64,000 bases of DNA from Vulcanimicrobiota bacterium (GTDB lineage: Bacteria; Vulcanimicrobiota; Vulcanimicrobiia; Vulcanimicrobiales; Vulcanimicrobiaceae): NCBI GenBank assembly GCA_963820825.1, contig CAWGBN010000006.1, forward strand, positions 32,001-96,000, written 5' to 3'. Below, piece by piece: positions 1 to 10,007 of the stretch. How positions within the stretch are numbered: the stretch's first letter is position 1; every line of letters starts with the position of its first letter. The notes under the pieces were generated by a model. The model did no database searches and was not told where the DNA came from. It saw only the letters and a list, made by a program, of their open reading frames with translations. The position numbers and the translations under genes were made by a program.

Positions 1-1
1 G

Positions 2-1039
2 GTCGTCCTCGCCTCGGTCTACTGGCGTTCGACTCAAGATCGCACGCTCTTCACGCGAACCTTGCATCGCGCGCTGCAGACGATCGTCCGCACCTATCGC
101 TGCGAGGAGCAGCACCACCGCTGCAGCCGCTACTCGTTTCCGCGCTACGTCTACACCAACGACGCGTACAACTCCGGCACCGGCATGATTTGGGGAGCGT
201 TCCGTCCGTCGGACGATGCGCTACAGTATCGCTTCAACATTCCGCAGAACGCGTTCGCGGTCGTCGCCCTGCGCGACATCGAGCAGCTCGCCGTCGACGG
301 ATACGGCGATCGCCGGCTGGCACGCGAGGCGCAGGCGCTCGGCGCGCGCGTTCAGGTGGGAATCGAACGGTACGGCCGGATCTACAATCCGGCGCTTCAC
401 CGCTGGATGTACGCCTACGAAACCGACGGATTCGGCCGATACAATCTCATGGACGATGCGAACATTCCGAATCTGACGACGCTGCCGTATATCGACTGGT
501 GCTCGTCGTTCGACCCGACCTATCTCGCGACGCGCTCGTTTGCCCTAAGCATGGATAATCCGTTCTTCTTCTCGGGCCGGTACGCGCAGGGCCTCGGGAG
601 CCCGCACACCCCCTACGGGTACGTCTGGCCTCTCGGCATCATCGGGCGCGCGCTGACCGCCACTTCCTCGCTCGAAGTCGCAACGGCGATCACGACGCTC
701 GCCGAGACGGACGGCGAGAGCGGACTGATTCACGAGAGTTTCTATCCCGACGGATACTGGCGTTACACGCGCGACGAGTTCGGATGGGCGAACGCGCTCG
801 GCGCCGAGCTCTTCTTTCGCAGCTTGGCGGGGATGCCGGCGACGCAGTTTGCATGGAGGGGGCCGATCGTGCCCTTCGAGCAACGATCTCGAACGCCGAC
901 GCTGGTACCATCCTTTACACAAATCGAGAACGAGGCGGAGATCGCCGGTACGCTCGGACGGCTGCTGCACGTTACCGGCGGGGCGATACCGCCGGCAATT
1001 CACGTCTATGACGCGGGGACCGCGCAATCGGGGAGCTAA
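2..1039 (+). CDS. Glycoside hydrolase family 125 (exo-alpha-1,6-mannosidase-like), 5'-truncated by the window edge
   Basis: Frame is open from base 2. Motifs GMIWGAFRPSDDA, MDDANIP, GLGSPHTP, HESF and FGWAN are typical of GH125. Confidence 0.85.
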   Translation, partial: VVLASVYWRSTQDRTLFTRTLHRALQTIVRTYRCEEQHHRCSRYSFPRYVYTNDAYNSGTGMIWGAFRPSDDALQYRFNIPQNAFAVVALRDIEQLAVDGYGDRRLAREAQALGARVQVGIERYGRIYNPALHRWMYAYETDGFGRYNLMDDANIPNLTTLPYIDWCSSFDPTYLATRSFALSMDNPFFFSGRYAQGLGSPHTPYGYVWPLGIIGRALTATSSLEVATAITTLAETDGESGLIHESFYPDGYWRYTRDEFGWANALGAELFFRSLAGMPATQFAWRGPIVPFEQRSRTPTLVPSFTQIENEAEIAGTLGRLLHVTGGAIPPAIHVYDAGTAQSGS

Positions 1040-1052
1040 AGCTTTGAACGAC

Positions 1053-4000
1053 ATGAACGATGGATATTACCGCTATCCGGCGATAGCAGGCGACCGCATT
1101 CTCTTCGTCTGTGAAGACGATCTCTTCAGCGCACCGGCCGCCGGCGGTGATGCGACGCGGCTGACGGTCAGCTTCGGGACCTGTTCGTACCCGCGTCTCT
1201 CGCCGGACGGCGCCTGGATCGCGTTCGTCTCGACCGACGAGGGGAATCCGGAGCTCTACGTTATGCCGGCGCGCGGCGGAGAGCCGCGGCGTCTGACCTT
1301 TCTCGGAGCCTCGCTTGCTTCCACGATCGGCTGGAGCGAGGACGGGCGGGAGATCTATTTCGTCGCAAACCCGACGACCTGGTACGAGGGCGAGACGCGC
1401 CCCTTCGCGATCGCGCGTGAGGGCGGAACTCCCCGCGAACTCAACCTCGGGCACGCGCGCTCGTTTTCGTTCGGGCCGCATGGGCGGCTCGTGATCGGAC
1501 GAAACGCCGCCGATCCGGCGCGTTGGAAGCGATATCGCGGCGGCACGTCGGGCGAAATTTGGATCGACGCGCAAGGCGAAGGGACGTTTACGAAGCTGCC
1601 GCTCCCCGACGGCAATCCGTGCTGGCCGATGTGGGTAGGCGACCGGATCTACTTCTTGGCCGATCACGAAGGTATCGGCAATCTCTACTCGTGTGCGCTC
1701 GACGGCAGCGACGTCACCCGCCACACGCACGAGAGCGAGTATTACGTTCGCTTTCCGTCGACCGACGGCAAGCGGATCGTCTACAGCGCCGGCGCCGAGA
1801 TCGGTTGTTACGACGTAGCGAGCGATAGCGTGCGGCGGATCCCGATCGAAGCGCACTCGCCGATGCCGCAGACCGTGCGCCGCTTCGAGCGGGCGTCGGA
1901 ATCGCTCGAGCACTTCGTTCCGAATCCCGACGGAACGCAAATTGCCTTCGTTTCGCGCGGGCAGGAGTTCACGATGCCGCTCTTCGAGGGAGCGGCTATT
2001 CGTCACGGCACCGGCGGCCGTGCGCGTACGCGGTTGACGCAATGGCTCCACGACGGTGCCAATCTCGTCTCCGTAACCGATGCGGGCGGCTACGAGCAGA
2101 TCGCGGTTCGCCCCGCCGACGCATCGAGCGACGCGAGACTCGTGACGAGCGGCGATATCGGCCGCGTTACCGATCTCGTCGCCTCGCCCTGCAGCGACGT
2201 CGTCGCCTTTGCGAATCACCGTCACGATCTCTGCCTGCTCGATCTCGACGACGGCAAGGTACGAGTCATCGATACGTGCCCATCGCATCGCATCCACGAT
2301 TTGTCCTTCTCATCCGACGGGCGTTACCTCGCCTACGTCTGGTATCCGGCCCACGGCACCTCGATCATCCGCGTCGCGAAGGTTCGATCGGGCAAGACGC
2401 ACGACGTGACGACGCCCGTCCGTACCGACAAATCGCCGGTCTGGGATCCCGAGGGCAGGTATCTCTATTTCATCTCGACGCGGGATTTCAATCCGGTTTA
2501 CGACGCGCTGCAGTTCGACCTGAGTTTTCCGCAGGCAAGCCGCCCGTTCGTGGTAACGCTGCGCAACGACGTGCCCTCGCCCTTCGTCCCGAAGCCCAAA
2601 CCGATCCATCAGGATCATCACGAACGCGAGCACTACCAAAACGGTAAGCCGCCCAAGGTGGCCGACGTCGAGATCGACTTCGACGGGATCACCGGACGGG
2701 TGCTCGGCTTTCCGGTCGACGAAGGCGAGTACGGTCAGATCGTCGCGGTACGCGAGCGGGTGCTCTTTACGCGCATCCCGGTAAAGGGAATCAAACCGAC
2801 GCGGCGCGAGGACCTCGATCGCGACGACCGCGGTACGCTGCTCGCATACGATTTCGAGCAGCAGCGATTGGCGACGATCGCGCCGGAGTGCGATGAGATC
2901 GAGCTCGGCCACGATGGCCGAACGCTCATCTATCGCTCGCAAGACCGGCTGCGCGCGATCGACGCGCTCAACGAGCTTCCCGAAGAGGGCGACGAGCAGA
3001 AACCTTCGACCGACCCGGGACGCAAGAGCGGATGGATCGATCTCGATCGTGCGAGCGTCGAGATCGTGCCGCGCGACGAGTGGGCGCAGATGTATCGCGA
3101 AGCGTGGCGACTGCAGGCCGAGCATTTCTGGGTCGAGGACATGAGCGATATCGACTGGGATCGCGTCTACGACCGGTACCAAGTGCTCTTGCCGCGCGTG
3201 CGAACGCGCAGCGAGCTCTCCGACCTCATTTGGGAGATGCAAGGCGAGCTCGGCACTTCGCATGCGTACGAATGGGGCGGCGATTACCGCGAGCCGCCGC
3301 AGTATCAGCGCGGATTCCTCGGCGCCGATCTGCGTTGGGACGAGGAGCGCGGCGGATATCGCATCGAGCGCATCTACCGCGGCGACTCCTGGAACCGCGA
3401 CCACGACTCGCCGCTCGCCGAGCCCGGCCTCAACGTGCACGAGGGCGACTGCATCGTCGCGATCGGCGGAAAGCGGCTATCGCACGAGGTTCCCCCCGAT
3501 CAACTCCTCGTCAACGCCTCGGACAAGAACGTCTCGGTGACGCTGCGGGAGAAGCGCGGCGACGAACGCACCGTGCTGGTGAAGGCGCTCGCGAACGAGG
3601 CGGCGCTGCGCTATCGCGCGTGGGTTGAGGAGAACCGCCGCATCGTGCACGAGCGAACCGGCGAGCGCGTCGGATATCTGCACATTCCGGACATGGGACC
3701 GTGGGGATTCTCCGAGTTTCACCGCGGCTATTTGAGCGAGTTCGATCGCAAGGGCTTGATCGTCGACGTTCGGTACAATCGCGGCGGTCACGTCTCGCCG
3801 CTCTTGCTCGAGAAGCTCGCTCGCAAGCGCATCGGCTACGACGCGCCGCGCTATGGGGCACCCGTTCCCTATCCGCCCGAATCGGTCGGCGGCCCGATGG
3901 TCGCGTTGACGAATCAGTTCGCCGGCTCCGACGGCGACATCTTCAGCCATTCCTTCAAGCTCTACAAGCTCGGACCGCTCGTCGGTAAGCGCACGTGGGG

Positions 4001-4280
4001 CGGCGTGATCGGAATCGAACCCTACCATTATCTCGTCGACGGAACGCTGACGACTCAGCCCGAGTTCTCGTTCTGGTTCGTCGACGTGGGCTGGGGTGTC
4101 GAGAACTACGGCACCAAGCCGGATTACGACGTCGACATCGCACCGCACGATTATCGCGACGGTAAGGATCCGCAGCTCGAGCTCGCGCTCGAGCTCATGG
4201 ACCGCGCGCTCGAGGGATACGTCGAGCTGCGCGCCGATCTCACGACACGTCCGTCATTGCCGTTGCCGACCCTGGCGTGA
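1053..4280 (+). CDS. Tricorn protease (S41 family: beta-propellers, PDZ domain, catalytic domain)
   Basis: Starts MNDGYYRYPAI...FVCEDDL. Contains GELGTSHAY, IVDVRYNRGG, GSDGD (catalytic Ser) and GKRTWGGVIG. ATG at 1053 chosen over the ORF-track start at 849, which overlaps the upstream gene. Confidence 0.93.
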   Translation: MNDGYYRYPAIAGDRILFVCEDDLFSAPAAGGDATRLTVSFGTCSYPRLSPDGAWIAFVSTDEGNPELYVMPARGGEPRRLTFLGASLASTIGWSEDGREIYFVANPTTWYEGETRPFAIAREGGTPRELNLGHARSFSFGPHGRLVIGRNAADPARWKRYRGGTSGEIWIDAQGEGTFTKLPLPDGNPCWPMWVGDRIYFLADHEGIGNLYSCALDGSDVTRHTHESEYYVRFPSTDGKRIVYSAGAEIGCYDVASDSVRRIPIEAHSPMPQTVRRFERASESLEHFVPNPDGTQIAFVSRGQEFTMPLFEGAAIRHGTGGRARTRLTQWLHDGANLVSVTDAGGYEQIAVRPADASSDARLVTSGDIGRVTDLVASPCSDVVAFANHRHDLCLLDLDDGKVRVIDTCPSHRIHDLSFSSDGRYLAYVWYPAHGTSIIRVAKVRSGKTHDVTTPVRTDKSPVWDPEGRYLYFISTRDFNPVYDALQFDLSFPQASRPFVVTLRNDVPSPFVPKPKPIHQDHHEREHYQNGKPPKVADVEIDFDGITGRVLGFPVDEGEYGQIVAVRERVLFTRIPVKGIKPTRREDLDRDDRGTLLAYDFEQQRLATIAPECDEIELGHDGRTLIYRSQDRLRAIDALNELPEEGDEQKPSTDPGRKSGWIDLDRASVEIVPRDEWAQMYREAWRLQAEHFWVEDMSDIDWDRVYDRYQVLLPRVRTRSELSDLIWEMQGELGTSHAYEWGGDYREPPQYQRGFLGADLRWDEERGGYRIERIYRGDSWNRDHDSPLAEPGLNVHEGDCIVAIGGKRLSHEVPPDQLLVNASDKNVSVTLREKRGDERTVLVKALANEAALRYRAWVEENRRIVHERTGERVGYLHIPDMGPWGFSEFHRGYLSEFDRKGLIVDVRYNRGGHVSPLLLEKLARKRIGYDAPRYGAPVPYPPESVGGPMVALTNQFAGSDGDIFSHSFKLYKLGPLVGKRTWGGVIGIEPYHYLVDGTLTTQPEFSFWFVDVGWGVENYGTKPDYDVDIAPHDYRDGKDPQLELALELMDRALEGYVELRADLTTRPSLPLPTLA

Positions 4281-5740
4281 AGGCGGCGCGACTCGTCGCT
4301 GCGCTGGCGGCCTTTGCCGTCCCGGCGACGGTCTACATTGCCAGCGCGTCGGTCGAGCCGGGTGCGTGGGACACCGCCGAGCTGCAAGGCGTTCCGTATC
4401 TTCTGGGCATCTCGCATCCCACCGGTTTCCCGTTCTACGTTCTGCTCGGATACGCGTGGTCGCATCTCGTACCGGTCGGGACGATCGCTTGGAGAATGAA
4501 TGCGATGAGCGGCGTCGCGATGGGGCTCGTCTGCGTCGCCGCCTATCTCGCCGCACTCGAGTTCGGGGCGAGCCTTTTCGTTGCGCTCTCCGCGACGTTG
4601 GCCTTTGCGTTCGCGCCGAACGTGTGGCAACACGCCGCGCGCGCGGAAGCGCAGGATCTCGCGGTCGCGTGCGCCGCGTTCGCAATCGTCGCGTTCCTGC
4701 GATGGATGCGTGGCGGCGGCGCCGGCTGGTTCGCCGCGGCCTTCGCGCTCTGCGGTCTCGCGATGGCCGCGCATCCCAACGCGCTCTGGACGCTTCCGGC
4801 GCTGATCGCGGGAGCGTTGATCCCGCGGCGGCGACCGCCGCTGCGCCTGGTCGCGGCATCGGCGGCGCTCACCCTCGCCGCGCTCGCGCTCTATCTCTAC
4901 CTTCCGCTGCGTTCGCAGTACGTCGCGCGCCACGGGCTCGATCCGGCCGCGGTGCTTCCCGGAGCGAACGGGGGGATCTTCTGGAACTATAACGATCCGC
5001 GCACCGCGCACGGGCTCGCGCTCGAGCTGACCGGCAGCGAGTTCGGAACGCCGAAGTATCTGCTCGCATCATTCAATCCGCTCCACGTCGAAGGCGCGGT
5101 CTGGGCCTTCGTCCAGGGTCTCAACGAACAGTACGGTATTCTCGCGACGCTGCTGATCGCCGCAGGATTCGTTGCCGCGTGCCGGCGCGATTGGCGCGCG
5201 GCGCTCGTGGTGCTCGTCGCATGCACCGCGGGATTGGTATTCTCGGTCATCTACCCGAACGAGAGCGACGTCGGGCGCTACCGGATACTGGACTCTTGGG
5301 TCGCGGTGCCGATGCTCGGCGCGTTGACGCCGCGCGCGAAACCTCTCTCGGCAAACGTCTTGCACGTCGCGCTCGTTCTCGTGCTCGTCTTCGTTGCCGT
5401 TTCGAGCCTCCACCGCCACGGGAACTTCTTCCATCGCGTGCCGGGCGAGGGCGGGCGCTGGGTGATCCGCGCGGTGCGGCCGTACGTTCCGCCGGGCAGC
5501 GTGATCGTCACGAGTTGGCTCGACGCGACCTCGCTTGCGTACGGCGCGTACGTCGACGGATCGCTGCCCGGCCGGATCGTCGTCTCCGACGACCGGTTCG
5601 ACGTTCCACTCTACCAACGGTGGACGAACGGCCGGCGCATCTTCGTGCTCGTGAACCCCAAGGACGGCGGCGCGCTCGCGGGCACGACCGATTATGCGAA
5701 GCTCGACGACTATCACGAACTCTACGAAGTAACGCGTTAG
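4277..5740 (+). CDS. DUF2723/TMEM260-like multi-pass membrane glycosyltransferase (GT-C fold)
   Basis: WDTAELQ...LGISHPTGFPFY motif and many hydrophobic helices; GTGA overlap with the tricorn stop. Confidence 0.75.
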   Translation: MKAARLVAALAAFAVPATVYIASASVEPGAWDTAELQGVPYLLGISHPTGFPFYVLLGYAWSHLVPVGTIAWRMNAMSGVAMGLVCVAAYLAALEFGASLFVALSATLAFAFAPNVWQHAARAEAQDLAVACAAFAIVAFLRWMRGGGAGWFAAAFALCGLAMAAHPNALWTLPALIAGALIPRRRPPLRLVAASAALTLAALALYLYLPLRSQYVARHGLDPAAVLPGANGGIFWNYNDPRTAHGLALELTGSEFGTPKYLLASFNPLHVEGAVWAFVQGLNEQYGILATLLIAAGFVAACRRDWRAALVVLVACTAGLVFSVIYPNESDVGRYRILDSWVAVPMLGALTPRAKPLSANVLHVALVLVLVFVAVSSLHRHGNFFHRVPGEGGRWVIRAVRPYVPPGSVIVTSWLDATSLAYGAYVDGSLPGRIVVSDDRFDVPLYQRWTNGRRIFVLVNPKDGGALAGTTDYAKLDDYHELYEVTR

Positions 5741-5762
5741 CGCTCGCGCGAAGCGTCGCTCG

Positions 5763-7046
5763 ATGCGCGCTCTTCGGCTCTCTTCAATCGTCATGGCCGC
5801 GCTCCTAACCGCCGGATGCGTCGCGCCGGTTCGTTTCGCACCCGAATCGTCTCAATCGCGCCCGCTGCGTCGCGCGGTAGGCGCCGGATCGCTCGACCGG
5901 TCATTCGGCCGCGGCGGTAGAGTCGTTCTCTCAATCGACGTCGAGCCGGTCGCCGCGCTCACAACCTCGAACGCGCGAGTCGTCGTCCTTGGAGATCCGG
6001 AGTCGCCCGGTTCGGCCGAGGTGATTCGTCTGCTGCGCGATGGGAGGCTCGACCGCAGCTTCGGTACGAACGGGAGCGTGGCGCTGCGCCTCTTCGCCGC
6101 CTACAGTATCGTCGCGGCTCCGGACGGCAAGCTAATCGTCGGCGGAGTCGCGTCCGACGGATCTCACGCCGAGCTCATTCGCCTCACCTCCGGCGGAGGT
6201 CTCGATTCGACGTTCGGCAGCGGCGGATCGGTGCAGTTCACCTTCCTCGGCGGCTCGTCGAACGGCGTGCTCGTCGCGCTCGTTCAACCCGACGGAAAGA
6301 TCCTCGCGGGCGGTTTCGCAGAGAGCCCGACGAGGGACGACGAGCTGACCTCCCTCGCGCGCTTCGATTCGAGCGGAAACGCCGACACGAGCTTTGGAAC
6401 CAACGGCATCGTCTCGATGCAGCTCATCGGCGGGGTAACGGCGCTGGGACTGCAGCCCAATGGCGCGATCCTGGTCTGCGGCGGACGTTTCGATCCATCG
6501 TCGTCGCTCTTGGCACGCTTCTCGCCCGATGGAAGGCTCGACCGCAGCGACAAGGGCGGCACGCTCGCGACTCTGGCGCACACCGGCAGCCTTACGTTTG
6601 AAGGCGCGAACGAATTCGACGCGCGCGGACGATTGCTCCAATGGAGCGCCGTACCAAAGGCTTCGAAGCAATACGTGCGCGTCGCTCGGCTGCTGCGAAG
6701 TCAAATGCGCGACCGGCATTTTCGCAGCCGTTCCTTTGCCTTCGATTCACCAGCGGCAAACGTTCCCGCCGACGTAGAGATCGGCAGCGATGGTGCGCTG
6801 CTCGTCGCCGGTCGCGGCGCGAAAGGCGATCTCGCGAAGAGCGTCTTCGGCGTCGCGCGACTCCTCGCCGGCGGCGAACTCGACCCGTCCTTCGGCACCA
6901 ACGGCCGCGTCGTCACCGCGTTCGGCGCGAGCGCGCAAGCGACGGCCCTCACGATCGAAGCCGACGGTAAGATCGTCGTTGCCGGAGCGACGCTCGGAAG
7001 CGGAAGCTCCTCGGCCGTGGCCGTGGCGCGATATCTCGCTCGCTAA
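5763..7046 (+). CDS. Delta-60-type repeat (beta-propeller) lipoprotein
   Basis: Signal peptide with lipobox LTAGC; repeats LDRSFGRGG, LDRSFGTNG, LDSTFGSGG, ADTSFGTNG, LDPSFGTNG and QPDGKIL. Confidence 0.8.
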   Translation: MRALRLSSIVMAALLTAGCVAPVRFAPESSQSRPLRRAVGAGSLDRSFGRGGRVVLSIDVEPVAALTTSNARVVVLGDPESPGSAEVIRLLRDGRLDRSFGTNGSVALRLFAAYSIVAAPDGKLIVGGVASDGSHAELIRLTSGGGLDSTFGSGGSVQFTFLGGSSNGVLVALVQPDGKILAGGFAESPTRDDELTSLARFDSSGNADTSFGTNGIVSMQLIGGVTALGLQPNGAILVCGGRFDPSSSLLARFSPDGRLDRSDKGGTLATLAHTGSLTFEGANEFDARGRLLQWSAVPKASKQYVRVARLLRSQMRDRHFRSRSFAFDSPAANVPADVEIGSDGALLVAGRGAKGDLAKSVFGVARLLAGGELDPSFGTNGRVVTAFGASAQATALTIEADGKIVVAGATLGSGSSSAVAVARYLAR

Positions 7047-7052
7047 GAGGCC

Positions 7053-7165
7053 TTGACTTTCGTTTCACCGATGTCGTATATCGGGTAGATAACTTATCGG
7101 TCCAAAATTAAATACTTAACCATCCAATATCCGCCAAGCATCAATCCAGACCGATCCAAAATTCC
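7053..7165 (+). promoter_or_regulatory. AT-rich aceA promoter/operator region
   Basis: TTGACT at 7053; inverted repeats at 7068-7084 and 7088-7098; direct repeat TCCAAAATT at 7101 and 7155. Confidence 0.5.
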
Positions 7166-7189
7166 ACTCGACGAATGCGGAGGAGTGAA

Positions 7190-8494
7190 GTGTTGAGCAG
7201 CATTGGGCATCCCCGGGGTCTTGAAGAGCGTTGGCAGCACGAGAGCCGCTGGGCCGGTATCGAACGGCGCTACCCCGCGGAGGCCGTCTATCGCCTGCGC
7301 GGGAGCTTCGTCGCCGAACAGAGTCTGGCGCGCATGGGCGCCGAGCGGCTCTGGCACGATCTACAGAGCGAATCGCCGGTGGCGGCGCTCGGCACGCTGA
7401 CCGGAAATCAGGCCGTGCAGGCCGCGCGCGCGGGTCTGCGCGCGCTCTACTGCAGCGGCTGGCAGGTCGCCGCCGACGCCAACGTCGCCGGCGAGATGTA
7501 CCCCGACCAGAGCCTCTATCCGGTCAACAGCGTTCCCGCCCTCGTCGAGCGTCTCAACAGCGCGCTGGCGCGGCTCGATCAGATCGAATCGCTCGAGGGA
7601 CGCGGAGGAACGCACTGGTATCTGCCGATCGTCGCCGACGCCGAAGCGGGTTTCGGCGGCGCGCTCAACGTCTTCGAACTGATGAAGGCAATGATCCGCG
7701 CCGGTGCCGCGGGCGTCCACTTCGAAGATCAGCTCAGCTCGGAGAAGAAGTGCGGCCATCTCGGCGGCAAGGTGCTGATTCCGACCCAACAGGCGGTACG
7801 CCATCTGCTCGCCGCGCGACTCGCCGCCGACGTGCTCGACGTCCCGACGGTTCTGATCGCACGCACCGACGCAAACGCCGCAAAGCTCGTTACCAGCGAC
7901 GTCGATCCGGCCGATCGCGCCTTCCTAACCGGCGAACGGACTACCGAAGGTTTTTTCGTCACGAAGCCCGGCATCGAAGCCTGCATCGCGCGCGGGTTGT
8001 CCTACGCCCCGTACGCGGATCTGATTTGGATGGAGACCTCCGAGCCCAACCTCGAGGAAGCGCAGCGTTTCGCCGATGCGATTCACGCGCGCTATCCCGG
8101 AAAGATCCTCGCGTACAACTGTTCGCCGTCGTTCAACTGGAAGAAGAAGCTCGACGCCGCGACGATCGCCGCATTTCAAGAACGGCTCGGTGCGATGGGC
8201 TATCGGTTTCAGTTCGTCACCCTCGCGGGCTTTCACGCACTCAACCACAGCTTCTTCACGCTCGCGCACGACTTCAAAGCGCGCGGCATGACCGCATATG
8301 CAGAATTCCAAGCGCAAGAGTTTGCCAGCGAGCCGCTCGGCTATACCGCGACGCGCCATCAGCGCGAAGTCGGTACCGGCTACTTCGACGAGGTCGCGAG
8401 CGTCATCGGCGAGGGGAACGTCTCGACCACGGCGCTTGCCGGTTCGACCGAGGCCGAACAGTTCTACGATACCGCCTCACGGGTTCCGGCCTAA
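7190..8494 (+). CDS. aceA: Isocitrate lyase
   Basis: KKCGHLGGK active-site motif, [39 protein letters not shown] precedes GTG 7190 (TTG 7193 is an alternative start). Confidence 0.97.
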   Translation: MLSSIGHPRGLEERWQHESRWAGIERRYPAEAVYRLRGSFVAEQSLARMGAERLWHDLQSESPVAALGTLTGNQAVQAARAGLRALYCSGWQVAADANVAGEMYPDQSLYPVNSVPALVERLNSALARLDQIESLEGRGGTHWYLPIVADAEAGFGGALNVFELMKAMIRAGAAGVHFEDQLSSEKKCGHLGGKVLIPTQQAVRHLLAARLAADVLDVPTVLIARTDANAAKLVTSDVDPADRAFLTGERTTEGFFVTKPGIEACIARGLSYAPYADLIWMETSEPNLEEAQRFADAIHARYPGKILAYNCSPSFNWKKKLDAATIAAFQERLGAMGYRFQFVTLAGFHALNHSFFTLAHDFKARGMTAYAEFQAQEFASEPLGYTATRHQREVGTGYFDEVASVIGEGNVSTTALAGSTEAEQFYDTASRVPA

Positions 8495-8501
8495 GAACTC
8501 G

Positions 8502-10007
8502 ATGAACGTCGCTCCGGCCGGCTTCTCCATCGAACGCGATCTGCCGGACGGATTCGCAGCTTTCTACCTTCCGCTGCACCGGCGATTCACGCCGGTGCAG
8601 CAATCGCTTGCGCACGCACGCAAGGAACGGCTCGCGCGCGCGCACGCCGGCGATCTGCCCGCCTATCCGGCGTCGTCGGAGGCGACGGCGTCGCCGTGGC
8701 GGATCGAGCTTCCCGCATGGTGCGCCGACCAGCGCAATCAGATGACCGGCCCGGCCGACGACGCCGAGCTCTGCGTGAAGATGCTCAACTCGGGTGCGCC
8801 CGGCGTCATGCTCGATCTCGAAGATTCGATGGCCAACACGTGGGAGCACCTGATGCTCGGCCACCGCAACATCGTCGCGGCGCTCTACGGGGAGCTGACC
8901 TACGACGATGCCAAACGCGGCGGAAGCATCGCAATCCAGCAAAGCACGACCGTCGTCTGGAACCGGGTCCGCGGCCTGCATCTCGCGCAAGCCGGCGCGA
9001 TCACACAGACGTTGACGAGCGCGTCGCTCTTCGATCTCGCCTTGCTCGTTTACGCCCTCGACTACGACCGGTTGCGCCATCCGCTCTGCATCTACATCCC
9101 GAAATCGGAGTCTGCCGCCGAAGCGCGCTGGTGGAAGGACGTCTTCGATGCGCTGATCGAGGCCAAGGGCTGGACGCGCGATTCGATTCGCGCGATGGCG
9201 CTGGTCGAATCCCATCCGCTGGCATACGAGATGGAAGAGTTTCTCTATCACTTGCGCGAGTATATCGTCGGCCTCAACTTGGGCCGCTGGGATTATATGG
9301 CGAGCCTCATCCACTACAACTTCGAAGACCCGCAGTGGCTCTTGCCGGATCGCAACACGATTCCGCTCGACGTGCCGTTCTTTCAGGCGCTGCGAACGCT
9401 CTTGCCCGAGCTTACCCACAAGCACGGAGCGCTCGCAATCGGCGGAATGACCGCGCTCTACCCCAGCCGCGACGATCCCGAGCTCAACGCGCGCGCACTC
9501 GCCGTGCTCGAACGCGACAAAGCCAACGAGGCGGCCTGCCTGATGGACGGGGCGTGGACCGGCCATCCCGATCAGAACGCGATCGCGGTCTCGCAGTTTC
9601 CCTACCCGAATCAGCTCGAGCGGCGCCCCGCGCCGGCAACGACCCATCCCGATCTGCGCCCCGCACCGGCCGGCGCCGGCGCGACGACGCTCGACGGAAC
9701 CCGCGCCGCGGTTCGAACCGTCATTCGTTACCGCAACGGCGTGCTTGAAGGGCGCGGAGCGAGCCTGCTCGACGGCTACATGGAAGATCTCGCCACCGAC
9801 CGAATCTACCGGCTGATGATCGCGCAGCGCCTTCGCCATCCGGGACCATACACGCCGGCCTCGCTCGGTGCGATGTTCGACGAAGAGCTCGAGCGGATAA
9901 TCGCCGAGCTTCCCTCCGGAGCGGACGACGCCGCGCGCAACCGCTTTCGCCGCGCACGTGAGATCTCGGAAAGCATGATTCGCAGCGGCGCATTCGACCC
10001 CACGTAG
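8502..10007 (+). CDS. aceB: Malate synthase
   Basis: Directly follows aceA; motifs MLDLEDS, GLNLGRWDYMAS, AIGGM, DGAWTGHP, MEDLAT. Confidence 0.9.
   Translation: MNVAPAGFSIERDLPDGFAAFYLPLHRRFTPVQQSLAHARKERLARAHAGDLPAYPASSEATASPWRIELPAWCADQRNQMTGPADDAELCVKMLNSGAPGVMLDLEDSMANTWEHLMLGHRNIVAALYGELTYDDAKRGGSIAIQQSTTVVWNRVRGLHLAQAGAITQTLTSASLFDLALLVYALDYDRLRHPLCIYIPKSESAAEARWWKDVFDALIEAKGWTRDSIRAMALVESHPLAYEMEEFLYHLREYIVGLNLGRWDYMASLIHYNFEDPQWLLPDRNTIPLDVPFFQALRTLLPELTHKHGALAIGGMTALYPSRDDPELNARALAVLERDKANEAACLMDGAWTGHPDQNAIAVSQFPYPNQLERRPAPATTHPDLRPAPAGAGATTLDGTRAAVRTVIRYRNGVLEGRGASLLDGYMEDLATDRIYRLMIAQRLRHPGPYTPASLGAMFDEELERIIAELPSGADDAARNRFRRAREISESMIRSGAFDPT

Noticed and set aside
5890..6910. 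Recurring TTCGGCAC/GAAC-like repeats as a CRISPR array
   Set aside because: They are degenerate, in-frame protein repeats with no identical repeat-spacer structure and no cas genes.
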